Below, piece after piece: positions 36,911-46,529 of a stretch of DNA of 64,000 nt. The translations under genes were made by a program, and so were the position numbers. Under the pieces are notes generated by a model. That model ran no database searches, had not been told where the DNA came from, and saw only the letters and a program-made list of their open reading frames with translations. Origin of the DNA: an uncultured archaeon (lineage in GTDB: Archaea; Aenigmatarchaeota; Aenigmatarchaeia; GW2011-AR5); assembly GCA_964373695.1 (NCBI GenBank), contig CAYJVT010000001.1, positions 22,328 through 86,327 on the forward strand, written 5' to 3'. Each line of letters opens with the position of its first letter. Position 1 is the stretch's first letter.

Positions 36911-38518
36911 ATGAAGGTTATCATACCGATGGCCGGGAATAACGAGGACTTCCGCCGGGAAGGGATGGATGAAGTAAAGCACATGATGAATATAGACGGC
37001 AAGAGCATGATAGAGCACGTATGCGGCATGTTCCCCCAGAACAGCAGCTTCATATTTCTCTGCAGGAAGGCGCATCTGGATAATTCAGGCCTTATGGAAC
37101 ATCTCCAGAAAATAGTCAAGAATTCCACGATAATAGTAGTTGAAAACGACACGAGAGGGCCGGTGGAAACTGTGTTGCTCGCTGACGGGGCTGTGAGAGA
37201 TGATGAGGAAGTAATAATAGCCCATTCCGACGCCATATCGGACTGGGATTTCAGCGTGTTCCTGAAGAAAATAAAGGACAGAAAAGCCGATGGCGCCCTT
37301 TCAACGTTCATAGGCTTTCATCCGACACACCTCAACGGGGTGCGTTATGCCTCCATATCAACAGACGACAACGACTATGTAGTCAGTATAAAGGAAAAGG
37401 AGCTCATAACAAAGGGCTACATTGAAAACTACACTTCCGCCGGTGTGTATTATTTTTCAAGGTGGGATGTGTTCAAGAAATACGCTGAAAGGATGATAGA
37501 AAACGTCGAACACGAGATGTTTTACATAAGCCTGGTATACAACGAGATGTTGAAAGACGGCCTGAAGGTCGTGCCTTTCGAGGCTGAGGGCCTAATTTAC
37601 TGGGGTGAACCGCAGAATCTGAAGGAGTATGTGTTCTGGTCGGAATATTTTGCGTCCCTGACCAAGCAGGGCAAGGAAAGGGGAATGTACGATATGGTAA
37701 ATCTCATACCTTCCGCAGGCCGCGGAAAGAGATTTGCAGACGCTGGGTACAAGATTCCCAAGCCGTTCATAGATGTTCTTGGCGAGCATATGATAGTGAA
37801 ATGTGCAAAATCGCTTCCAAAAACGGCCAGATACGTCTTCGTCTGCCTAAGGCAGCATGTAGAAAATTTCGGGCTCGACGAAATTCTGAAAAAAAACTTC
37901 CCGGAATGCGATATTGTCATAGTAAATGACTATACAGACGGCATGGCACGCTCGTGTCTCATGGCCAAGCATCTTCTGGACAAGGACAAGCCTGTTTTCG
38001 TCTCGTCATGCGACTACAGCTTCGTCTACAACGACGAAAATCTCAGGAGGCTGATTGAGGACGAGGACCCTGATGCAGTAGTGTGGACATTCAGGGGGTA
38101 TCCGGATGCCAGAATAGCACCAATGGCATACGCCTACATGGTAGTGGAGAACGGCCGTGTCAAAAGAATCTCGGAAAAGGTTCCGATAAGCGACGAGCCG
38201 CACAAGGATCCAATAGTGCAGGGCATTTTCTACTTCAAGACAGCCAAGCTTCTGATAGATTGCATAAACGAGATGATAGAAAAAAACATAACCGTCAACG
38301 GCGAGTTCTACGTCGGAACCGCCATAAACCATCTCATAGAGAAGGGTATGAAAGTCATGCCATTTGAGCTGGATAAATACATATGCTGGGGAACGCCGCA
38401 CGACCTGCTTGTGTTCCAGTTCTGGGAAAACTACTTCATAAATAATCCGAATCACCCATATAAAAGGATTGTACCTAAATCGGAATTAAGCCAACTGAAA
38501 TTGGCTAAGATGTGGTAA
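36911..38518 (+). CDS. Internally duplicated (tandem) WGTP-family nucleotidyltransferase; N-terminal copy has a degenerate G-loop, C-terminal copy canonical
   Basis: Domain 1: MKVIIPMAGNNEDFRREGMDEVKHMMNIDGKSMI...LIYWGEPQNLKEYVFW. Domain 2: LIPSAGRGKRFADAGYKIPKPFIDVLGEHMI...YICWGTPHDLLVFQFW. Confidence 0.75.
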   Translation: MKVIIPMAGNNEDFRREGMDEVKHMMNIDGKSMIEHVCGMFPQNSSFIFLCRKAHLDNSGLMEHLQKIVKNSTIIVVENDTRGPVETVLLADGAVRDDEEVIIAHSDAISDWDFSVFLKKIKDRKADGALSTFIGFHPTHLNGVRYASISTDDNDYVVSIKEKELITKGYIENYTSAGVYYFSRWDVFKKYAERMIENVEHEMFYISLVYNEMLKDGLKVVPFEAEGLIYWGEPQNLKEYVFWSEYFASLTKQGKERGMYDMVNLIPSAGRGKRFADAGYKIPKPFIDVLGEHMIVKCAKSLPKTARYVFVCLRQHVENFGLDEILKKNFPECDIVIVNDYTDGMARSCLMAKHLLDKDKPVFVSSCDYSFVYNDENLRRLIEDEDPDAVVWTFRGYPDARIAPMAYAYMVVENGRVKRISEKVPISDEPHKDPIVQGIFYFKTAKLLIDCINEMIEKNITVNGEFYVGTAINHLIEKGMKVMPFELDKYICWGTPHDLLVFQFWENYFINNPNHPYKRIVPKSELSQLKLAKMW

Positions 38519-38520
38519 AA

Positions 38521-39555
38521 ATGAGCTCGATGGATGCTGTCGTTGTTGAGGGGATAGGGAATATAGAATGCAAGAAAATACCTTTTCCTGAATGCGGCGA
38601 CAACGACGTCATCATACTTACCGAAAGGTCCGGGATATGCAGCACCGACGTCATAAGGTCGATGAAAACCGGATTCTACCGCTACCCAATCGTGCCAGGC
38701 CATGAATTCTGCGGGGTTGTGGTCAAGAAAGGGAAGAACGTCGCCGGCGTTGATATAGAGGATAACGTGGTCGTGTACCCCCTCATACCGTGCAAGAAAT
38801 GCGTTCCGTGCATGGCAGGACACCACAACCTGTGCGACACGTACGATTTTCTGGGCTCGAGATCCAACGGAGGGCACGCCGAATACGTCAAGTGTCCCTC
38901 AGAAAACCTGCTGAAAATACCGAAAAACATAAGCTTCGATGAAGCCTGTATGGCGGAGCCGTCGTCTGTCGGTCTTCATGCCAGCCGAGTTTCCGGAAAG
39001 GCTGTGAATGTGGTCGTAATGGGCCTTGGCCCAATAGGCTTCTTTACGGCCCAATGGGCAAAGATTCTGGGAGCGAACCATATTTTTGGTGTGGACAGAC
39101 ACGACCAGAGATTCAAAATCTCCAGAAAGGTCGGCATCCACGAATTCATAGACTCCAGGGACCAGGAAATTACAAAGGCAATAAAGGAGCTTACGGACGG
39201 TCAGGGAGCCGACGTGATATTTGAGTGCTCGGGCTCCATAGACCTTCAGAGGGAAGCTATCTCATCGGCCGCGAAGCGTGGCAGGATTATTCTCCTTGGA
39301 AACCCGACTAACGACCTTGTTTTGAACAAGGAAACTTATTCGATGGTGCTCAGAAGGGAACTGAGTATAATAGGCTCATGGAGCTCGCTTATCTCGACCG
39401 ACGAATGGAGCCAGTCCCTGGAGCACATGTCGAGCAAAAAGATAAACGCAATGCCGGTGATAACCCATAATTTTCACGTGAGCGAGGCCAAGAACGTCAT
39501 AGAGGACATGCATCACAAGAGATTCGAGTTCTCCAAAGTGGTCTTCCGGATGTAG
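38521..39555 (+). CDS. Zinc-dependent alcohol/polyol(-phosphate) dehydrogenase (MDR family), second copy
   Basis: ...GICSTDV...GHEFCG..., CKKCVPCMAGHHNLC (structural Zn) and GLGPIG. The ATG at 38521 directly follows the upstream stop. Confidence 0.85.
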   Translation: MSSMDAVVVEGIGNIECKKIPFPECGDNDVIILTERSGICSTDVIRSMKTGFYRYPIVPGHEFCGVVVKKGKNVAGVDIEDNVVVYPLIPCKKCVPCMAGHHNLCDTYDFLGSRSNGGHAEYVKCPSENLLKIPKNISFDEACMAEPSSVGLHASRVSGKAVNVVVMGLGPIGFFTAQWAKILGANHIFGVDRHDQRFKISRKVGIHEFIDSRDQEITKAIKELTDGQGADVIFECSGSIDLQREAISSAAKRGRIILLGNPTNDLVLNKETYSMVLRRELSIIGSWSSLISTDEWSQSLEHMSSKKINAMPVITHNFHVSEAKNVIEDMHHKRFEFSKVVFRM

Positions 39556-39593
39556 TATGAATTTAAAAGTCATAGCATCAATATTTCTCTTGG

Positions 39594-40286
39594 ATGACAA
39601 AGCTTTCCGTTATACTCCCGTGCTACAACGAGGGGGAGAACATACCGCTCATTCTTGAGAGATATTCGCAGGTTGCGAAGAGGGTGCCTATGGAGCTCGT
39701 CTTGGTCGATAACGGCTCTACGGACGGGACTGAAGGCATCCTCAGAAAGGAGCTCCCGAAATACAAGTTCGCAAGGTCTGTGAAAGTCGGAAAGAACATA
39801 GGGTACGGCTTCGGCATCCTTTCTGGCCTCAGAACCGCCAAGAGCGGGTATCTGGCGTTCTCCCATGCCGACATGCAGTGCGACCCCAGAGACATAGAGA
39901 AGGGGTGGAAAATTCTCATATCATCCGTCTCCCCGGAAAGGACGCTGGTAAAGGGCAACCGCGAGGGGAGGGCGAACTTCTTCACGTCATGCTTCCATGC
40001 GGCATCCTCTGCCGTCCTTATGAAGCATTTCGACGACGTCAACGGCCAGCCGAAGATATTCCATAAAGACCTTCTGGGAATGATGAAGAAGCCGCCGAAC
40101 GGGTTTTCTCTGGACCTTTACGTTCAGTACACCGCCCTCAGGAACGGATTTGCCGTCAGAAGCTTCCCGGTGAAATTCAAGAGAAGGCTTCATGGGAAGT
40201 CCAGCTGGGCGACCGGCATACGCTCAAGAGCGAAGACGATAGCCGGAATGTCCGCATATATTCTGAAGCTCAGGATGGGGCTTTAG
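39594..40286 (+). CDS. GT2 glycosyltransferase (dolichyl-phosphate sugar synthase-like)
   Basis: MTKLSVILPCYNEGENI...VDNGSTDGT...SHADMQCDP (DxD-equivalent). Confidence 0.8.
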   Translation: MTKLSVILPCYNEGENIPLILERYSQVAKRVPMELVLVDNGSTDGTEGILRKELPKYKFARSVKVGKNIGYGFGILSGLRTAKSGYLAFSHADMQCDPRDIEKGWKILISSVSPERTLVKGNREGRANFFTSCFHAASSAVLMKHFDDVNGQPKIFHKDLLGMMKKPPNGFSLDLYVQYTALRNGFAVRSFPVKFKRRLHGKSSWATGIRSRAKTIAGMSAYILKLRMGL

Positions 40287-40317
40287 CATTTAAGAATCGT
40301 GCTAAAATAGTGTCTTT

Positions 40318-41028
40318 ATGTCCAGACCAGAGCTTTCCGTGGTTGTCCCGTTTTACAACGAGCAGGACAACGCAAAAACAGTTCTATCCGGCCTCGGCAA
40401 CGCCCTGGATGATATAAATTACGAAATCATAGCCGTCAACAACGGCTCTACAGACAATACGGCGTCCGTGCTCCGTGAGGTGAAAAACAGCAGAATAATA
40501 ATCGTGACAGTGGAAAAAAACATCGGATTCGGCTACGGCATCAGAAAGGGCCTGGAATCGGCGAAAGGCAAATATCTCGGCTACATGTGGGGGGACAACC
40601 AGATTTCCGCCGGCGTCGTCGCGGAGATTTACAGGAAGCTCGCCAAAGAGGGGCTGGATTTGTGCAAGATAAGGCGCGCCGCAAGGGATTACGGATTTTT
40701 CAGGAAGCTTGAATCCGCCGCATACAACAGGATATTTCTGGCGCTGTTTTTTGGGAAGATAAGCAACGACATAAACGGAAGCCCCAAGATAATGAAGAGG
40801 GCGCTTTACGAAAGGCTGGGCCTGGAGTCAAACGACTGGTTCATCGACACGGAACTCATGGTGAAAGTGAAGGTCCTGGGCGGCAGGGTTGGCGAAGTGA
40901 AGGCTGCCTACAACAAGAGAAGCAAGGGAAAGTCCAAAGTAAAGTTCTACGTCATGATGGAATTCCTCTCAAATATCCTCAGATTCAGGTTCAGCGGGCT
41001 CAAGAAATTTAAAGACTCCGTAGACTAG
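40318..41028 (+). CDS. GT2 glycosyltransferase, paralog of 39594..40286
   Basis: MSRPELSVVVPFYNEQDN...VNNGSTDNT...WGDNQ. Confidence 0.75.
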   Translation: MSRPELSVVVPFYNEQDNAKTVLSGLGNALDDINYEIIAVNNGSTDNTASVLREVKNSRIIIVTVEKNIGFGYGIRKGLESAKGKYLGYMWGDNQISAGVVAEIYRKLAKEGLDLCKIRRAARDYGFFRKLESAAYNRIFLALFFGKISNDINGSPKIMKRALYERLGLESNDWFIDTELMVKVKVLGGRVGEVKAAYNKRSKGKSKVKFYVMMEFLSNILRFRFSGLKKFKDSVD

Positions 41029-41034
41029 TCAAGA

Positions 41035-41970
41035 ATGTCATCGCTCGGCGGCGCCAGTGTTCTTGTGACAGGTGGCAACGGCTTCATAGGCTCGCACCTC
41101 GTGGAAAGACTTGCCGATGAAGGCGCTGCAGTTCACGTTCTTTCCAGAAGCGACGTTAATATCAGGGGTATGGGAAATGTCATATTCCATAAAGCCGACA
41201 TCAGGGACTACGGGGCCGTCAAAAACGTCGTAAACGAAGCGGAGCCAAAAAAAATCTTCCATCTTGCCGCAATGGTCAACCTCAGCAGGGAAATGAAGGA
41301 CCTGAAGCCTGTGATGGAAACGAAAATAAACGGGACGCTGAACCTGCTGAATGCTCTTGACGGCATCGATTATGACTGCTTTATCAACACGGGAACGTGT
41401 GAGGAATACGGCTCAAACCACCCGCCTTTCAGGGAGGACATGACTCCAAGGCCCATATCCCACTATTCGGCCGCCAATGCGTCCGTGACTTCCATATGCA
41501 GGATGCTGTACGAAACAAACGCTCTGCCGATTCTTACTCTGCGGCAGTTCACATGCTACGGCCCGGGCCAGAAGCCCAGCATGCTGATACCCTACGTCAT
41601 AAGCTCCGCGATGACGGGGAATGACATCAGGCTGACGAAGGGGGAGCAGAAAAGGGATTTCAACTACGTGGATGACGCCGTCGAATCATTCATGAAAGCT
41701 TCGGCAGAGAAGCGAGCCATAGGCGAGGTGATAAACATAGGGACCGGCGAGAGCCGTAGAATAACGGATGTCGTGGCGTCAATACTTTCCATTACAAATA
41801 GTTCCGCGAAGCCGCTGTTCGGGGCCATTCCATACAGGAAACCTGAGATATGGGAAATAAGGGCCGACATCTCAAAGGCGGAGCGCATCCTGGGATGGAG
41901 ACCTGTAACCGGCATGGAAGACGGGTTGAAAAGGACTGTGGAATGGTACAGAAAATCTATTTCCTCGTGA
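41035..41970 (+). CDS. NAD-dependent nucleotide-sugar epimerase/dehydratase (SDR)
   Basis: VLVTGGNGFIGSHLVERL... with a YSAANAS region (YxxxN/K). Confidence 0.8.
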   Translation: MSSLGGASVLVTGGNGFIGSHLVERLADEGAAVHVLSRSDVNIRGMGNVIFHKADIRDYGAVKNVVNEAEPKKIFHLAAMVNLSREMKDLKPVMETKINGTLNLLNALDGIDYDCFINTGTCEEYGSNHPPFREDMTPRPISHYSAANASVTSICRMLYETNALPILTLRQFTCYGPGQKPSMLIPYVISSAMTGNDIRLTKGEQKRDFNYVDDAVESFMKASAEKRAIGEVINIGTGESRRITDVVASILSITNSSAKPLFGAIPYRKPEIWEIRADISKAERILGWRPVTGMEDGLKRTVEWYRKSISS

Positions 41971-43429
41971 GTATATCAAAAGGCCCGACCGAAGCGCTTT
42001 TTCGGTATTCGTTCTCCAGATATTCGTATGTTATGGGATTGAAATATCTCGACTGCTGTGTGTTGTCCACCACGACTGTCTTTACGCCGCTTGAGCGTAA
42101 TATCTCCACAGTCCTTGCCTGCTCAGTGTCGTTCACGTGCTCTTTGTAAGGATAAAGGTAATACATGCCGGGCGGCGGGTCCCTTTCCGACAGATGGTAT
42201 ATGGTGGGGTTGTATCCGAACACGTAGAGCATCTCCTCCTCTTCCATGGTATTTTTCAGGTAAGACGACACGTCCTCCATATGTGTGTAGTAATCCGACG
42301 ATGCGCTATGCAGCCTGTAGACGCTGTAGGAATTGAGACCAAGTGAAAGTGCCAGGAGCACGGCTATCGGGAAGACGATGAGTATTTTGGCGTATAAGCT
42401 ATCAATTTTAGCCGACATCGTCCTCTGAATCATTATCGCAGACAAGACGGAAAGTGGTATTACCATAAGGCTCATGTACTTGAGAACCGCCACGAACGGA
42501 TACGACGTTACAGCAAGCAGGATGGCGAAAAACATGTCGCTGCCCATGTCCCTTTTCCTGTCCAAAAGGAAAGCTATGAAAAAGGCCGTGGCAAGGAAAA
42601 GTACCGGCGACATGACGGAGAGATTATATATGGTCTCCAGTGATGTGAATTTCGACGGGTCGCTCAGCCAGGTATCATCTTTTCTTATGTTCAGTGCCTC
42701 CGCGGTGGTCCAGTTGAGTATCTCGGCGAAGGCTCCTATGAGAATGAAATGAGCTGCAACAATGATGAGCGGTATAAGCAGGGAAGCGACTATAAGCACT
42801 GCCGGCTTTATTTTGGCGGCTATGTTTTTTCTCTCGGCAGCGAAGCATATGAAATAAAATAGAATAAGCATCGCTGCCGTCTGTTTTGAAAGCAGGGCCA
42901 GCCCGGCAAGCATTCCAGAGGCGGCTATGTATTTTGCTCTTTTCTCTTTGGTAAAAAAGAACAAGGATGCGGCGGAAAACAGTATCATAAGTCTGTCTCC
43001 ATTGAGAGCATAACCAAAAAACGAGGGCATCGTGAATATGAAGAGGAATATTGATGCGGCCGCCAGAGCCGTTCTCTTGCTGTACATCCTTGTAACGATC
43101 GTGTATATCATCAAGGAGGCGGCGGCATTCATGGAGATTGCCAGCATCCTTATGAGCTGCAGAATCTGGCCTGAATACGCCAGAACGGAAAAGATGTAGT
43201 AATTGAGGGGGGGCTTTACGTCCGTCGAATAGTCCTTGTAGGGGGCGTAACCTTCTAGCATTTTTTCTGAAGTGAAAATATAATTGCTTTCGTCCGGAGT
43301 AAACCCTGTATTCAGGTATATCGAGCTGTTTACAAGGATGTATGCAACAACGACAATCCAAATCTCCTTGCCTCTCAGGTCCATTCTAAAAACTTCATTT
43401 TTAATGCTTAAAAATCGCCATCGTTTCAT
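41957..43429 (-). CDS. GT-C membrane glycosyltransferase, ArnT/PMT (GT39/GT83)-like
   Basis: 490 aa. The N-terminal TM helix is followed by ...FTPDESNYIFTSEKMLEGYAPYKDYSTDVKPPLNYYI... (GT-C first-loop D/E motif), then ~11 TM helices and a C-terminal soluble tail. Confidence 0.6.
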   Translation of the reverse strand: MKRWRFLSIKNEVFRMDLRGKEIWIVVVAYILVNSSIYLNTGFTPDESNYIFTSEKMLEGYAPYKDYSTDVKPPLNYYIFSVLAYSGQILQLIRMLAISMNAAASLMIYTIVTRMYSKRTALAAASIFLFIFTMPSFFGYALNGDRLMILFSAASLFFFTKEKRAKYIAASGMLAGLALLSKQTAAMLILFYFICFAAERKNIAAKIKPAVLIVASLLIPLIIVAAHFILIGAFAEILNWTTAEALNIRKDDTWLSDPSKFTSLETIYNLSVMSPVLFLATAFFIAFLLDRKRDMGSDMFFAILLAVTSYPFVAVLKYMSLMVIPLSVLSAIMIQRTMSAKIDSLYAKILIVFPIAVLLALSLGLNSYSVYRLHSASSDYYTHMEDVSSYLKNTMEEEEMLYVFGYNPTIYHLSERDPPPGMYYLYPYKEHVNDTEQARTVEILRSSGVKTVVVDNTQQSRYFNPITYEYLENEYRKSASVGPFDILTRK

Positions 43430-43487
43430 TAGGACATATTTTGAACCAATTTTTGTATATTAAAAGGGTTTTTGCGTATCTGATAAA

Positions 43488-44258
43488 ATGGACGTTGTGA
43501 TACTCTGCGGCGGCCGCGGAACACGGCTTGCTGAAAAGACTTCTGTGATGCCGAAGCCGCTCGTTCCGATAGGGGAGAAGCCGATAATCTGGCATATAAT
43601 GAAGCTGTATTTCCACTACGGCTACAAGAGGTTTGTTCTTCCTCTAGGATATTTGGGACATGAGATAAAGAGGTTCTTCGTCGAATATCCGTGGATAAGC
43701 GGGGACTTCGAGCTTAATATGCATTCCGTGTCGGTGCCGAAGCCGAGGGAAGACTGGTCTGTGGCGCTTGTCGACACCGGTATCGACTCTAAGACGCAGA
43801 AAAGGCTGCATCTGGTGAAGGAGCACATAAAAACCGACAGGTTCATGCTCACGTACGGGGACGGCGTCGCCGACATAGACATCGGAGACCTTGTAAGAAG
43901 GCATGAATACCTGAGGAAAACATATGGCGTCCTGGGCACGGTAACTCTCCATACTCCGAAATCAAAGTTCGGCGTGGTCGACATAGAAAAAGACCTTGCC
44001 ACGGCATTCAGGGAAAAGCCTGATGCCGACAAGTTCGTGAATATAGGATTCATGGTCCTTGAAAAAGGCGTCTTCGACTACATGGACGGCTCGGATGTGA
44101 TGCTTGAGACTTCTCTTCTGCCGAAGCTTGCAGCCGAAGGCAAGATAGGATTCTATCACCATCGAAACTTCTGGGGGTGCATGGACACCTATGGCGACTA
44201 TATGCACCTTAATGATATATGGAAAAATGAAAGGCCGTGGAAGGTATGGCAGGACTAG
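43488..44258 (+). CDS. rfbF: Glucose-1-phosphate cytidylyltransferase
   Basis: MDVVILCGGRGTRLAEKTSVMPKPLVPIGEKPIIWHIMKLY... matches the RfbF/DdhA N-terminus. ~256 aa. Confidence 0.85.
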   Translation: MDVVILCGGRGTRLAEKTSVMPKPLVPIGEKPIIWHIMKLYFHYGYKRFVLPLGYLGHEIKRFFVEYPWISGDFELNMHSVSVPKPREDWSVALVDTGIDSKTQKRLHLVKEHIKTDRFMLTYGDGVADIDIGDLVRRHEYLRKTYGVLGTVTLHTPKSKFGVVDIEKDLATAFREKPDADKFVNIGFMVLEKGVFDYMDGSDVMLETSLLPKLAAEGKIGFYHHRNFWGCMDTYGDYMHLNDIWKNERPWKVWQD

Positions 44259-45229
44259 ATTTCTGGAAGGGTAAAAAAGTGCTTATAACGGGAGCCACCG
44301 GGTTCATAGGCTCTCACGTAGCTTCGGCTCTGTGCAGAACAGCTGATGTCACGGTGCTGGAAAGGGATAGTACAAAGGATTCTTTTCTCACTCTGTCGGG
44401 AAACATGAAACACGTTAACATAGCGAGGGGAGAGCTTGAAAGCATGGATGCTGTGATGCGCGTCCTTGCTGAGTATGAGATAGACACAGTCTTCCATATA
44501 GGCGCCCAGCCGATAGTGGAAATATCCAAAGTAGAGCCCAGGAAGACATTCGAATCAAACATAGAAGGGACATGGAACGTACTGGAAGCCTGCCGCCTCG
44601 TTTCGTATGAAAGCAGGAAGCTACAGAGAATAATCGTTGCGTCAAGCGACAAGTCCTACGGCAGCCAGGCGCCGCCTTACACTGAGGACATGCCCCTCGG
44701 AGGCGAGTCTCCATACGACGTGTCGAAGGCGTGCGCAGACCTGATATCACAGTCGTACCGAAAAAACTATGCTCTGCCGATATGCATCTCCCGCCTGGGA
44801 AACGTTTTCGGCCCGGGCGACACGAACTTCAACCGTATCGTGCCTGGAACTATAAAGTCCATAATCGAAGGCGGCGACGTGAAAATAAGAAGCGACGGCT
44901 CTCTGGTCAGGGAATATTTCTATGTGAAGGACGCCGTCTCGGCCTATCTCACATTGGCGGAAAACATGCACAGGAAGGAAGTTCTTGGCGAAGCCTTCAA
45001 TTTCGGCAGCGGCGAAAAAATGTCTGTCCTGGACGTGGTGAAAAGGATTTCGGACTTCATGGGATACAAAGGGCAGCCCAAAATACTCGATTCGGCAAGG
45101 AACGAGATACAGACGCAGTTCCTGTCGACGGGAAAGGCAAGGCGTATCCTTGGATGGTCGCCTTCGTTCTCATTTTCCGGCGCTTTGCCGGAAACCGTGG
45201 GATGGTACAAAGCATTCCTGGGTGGATGA
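44246..45229 (+). CDS. rfbG: CDP-glucose 4,6-dehydratase
   Basis: ...LDFWKGKKVLITGATGFIGSHV... (RfbG/DdhB N-terminal signature) with a YDVSK catalytic pair. Confidence 0.85.
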   Translation: MAGLDFWKGKKVLITGATGFIGSHVASALCRTADVTVLERDSTKDSFLTLSGNMKHVNIARGELESMDAVMRVLAEYEIDTVFHIGAQPIVEISKVEPRKTFESNIEGTWNVLEACRLVSYESRKLQRIIVASSDKSYGSQAPPYTEDMPLGGESPYDVSKACADLISQSYRKNYALPICISRLGNVFGPGDTNFNRIVPGTIKSIIEGGDVKIRSDGSLVREYFYVKDAVSAYLTLAENMHRKEVLGEAFNFGSGEKMSVLDVVKRISDFMGYKGQPKILDSARNEIQTQFLSTGKARRILGWSPSFSFSGALPETVGWYKAFLGG

Positions 45230-45230
45230 A

Positions 45231-46529
45231 ATGGAGAAAGAACTTAGGGAGGAAATAAGGAAGAAGGTTGCAGAATACTACAGGGAAGTCCTGTCGGAAA
45301 GGCAGAGGCACAAGATACCGGCATCGGGAAAGGTCTTTGACGAGAACGAAATGATGAATGCCGTTGACGCTGTACTGGACGGTGTTTGGACCCACGGAAG
45401 GTTCGCTCTTGCATTTGAAAATGCTCTCTCCTCATTTCTAAGCGTAAGGCACTGCGTCATAACCAATTCGGGGTCGTCAGCTAATCTTCTCGCGGCCTCT
45501 GTACTGTTCTCCGCTGAGGTGGAAAACAGCATCAGGAAGGGGGATGAGATAATCACGGCCGCAGCCGGTTTCCCGACGACGACAAACCCTATAATACAGA
45601 ATGGCGGTGTCCCAGTGTTTGTCGACATAAAAGAGGGCACATACAACATAGACGAAAGTCTTGTGGAAGATGCCATAACAGACAAAACAAAAGCCATAAT
45701 GACGGCCCATACTCTGGGAAATCCTTTCAACTTGGATAAAATTGTGTCAATATGCAAAAAGCACGGCCTGTTCCTTATAGAGGACTGCTGCGACGCCCTC
45801 GGCTCAAAATACAGGGATAAATACGTATCAACATTCGGCGATTTGGCGACTTTCAGCTTTTATCCGGCCCATCATATAACAATGGGGGAGGGAGGGGCGG
45901 TTGTCACGAACTCCGACATACTTGAAAAGTGCGCCGAATCCATAAGGGACTGGGGAAGGGACTGCTGGTGCATGCCTGGCGTGGACAACACATGCGGAAA
46001 GCGCTTCTCCTGGAAGCTCGGCGGGCTCCCGGAAGGATACGACCACAAATATACGTATTCCAGGCTCGGATACAACCTTAAGGCAACGGACATGCAGGCT
46101 GCCATAGGCCTTGCCCAGCTCGGCAAGCTCCCTTCGTTCATCGAGGCCAGGAAAAGGAACTTTGATGCTCTCAAGTCGGCGCTTTCCGGGTTCGACTGCC
46201 TTGCATTCGCTGAAAGCGAGCCTGGCGCGGAGCCGTCATGGTTCGGGTTCATCATAAGACTGAAAGGGGGGTGCGGCTTCAGCAGGGAGCATCTGACAGG
46301 CTTCCTGGAAAAAAACGGGATAGTGACGCGGCTTGTATTCGCCGGAAACCTGACAAAACAGCCCTATTTATTCAACGGAAATGTTGATTACAGAATCTCA
46401 GGAAATCTGGAAAAGTCGGACAACGCCATGAAGAACGCATTCTGGATAGGCGTCTGGCCCGGTATTACCGAACAGGACATAAGCCATATATACGAGACGT
46501 TTGGAAAATTTATTGGTGGTTCAAGATGA
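45231..46529 (+). CDS. ddhC: CDP-6-deoxy-D-xylo-4-hexulose-3-dehydrase-like (E1), DegT/DnrJ/EryC1 PMP-dependent family
   Basis: MEKELREEIRKKVAEYY... with ...VITNSGSSANLLA... and ...SFYPAHHITMGEGGAV... (His replacing the Lys, as in E1 dehydrases). ~433 aa. It directly follows rfbG. Confidence 0.75.
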   Translation: MEKELREEIRKKVAEYYREVLSERQRHKIPASGKVFDENEMMNAVDAVLDGVWTHGRFALAFENALSSFLSVRHCVITNSGSSANLLAASVLFSAEVENSIRKGDEIITAAAGFPTTTNPIIQNGGVPVFVDIKEGTYNIDESLVEDAITDKTKAIMTAHTLGNPFNLDKIVSICKKHGLFLIEDCCDALGSKYRDKYVSTFGDLATFSFYPAHHITMGEGGAVVTNSDILEKCAESIRDWGRDCWCMPGVDNTCGKRFSWKLGGLPEGYDHKYTYSRLGYNLKATDMQAAIGLAQLGKLPSFIEARKRNFDALKSALSGFDCLAFAESEPGAEPSWFGFIIRLKGGCGFSREHLTGFLEKNGIVTRLVFAGNLTKQPYLFNGNVDYRISGNLEKSDNAMKNAFWIGVWPGITEQDISHIYETFGKFIGGSR

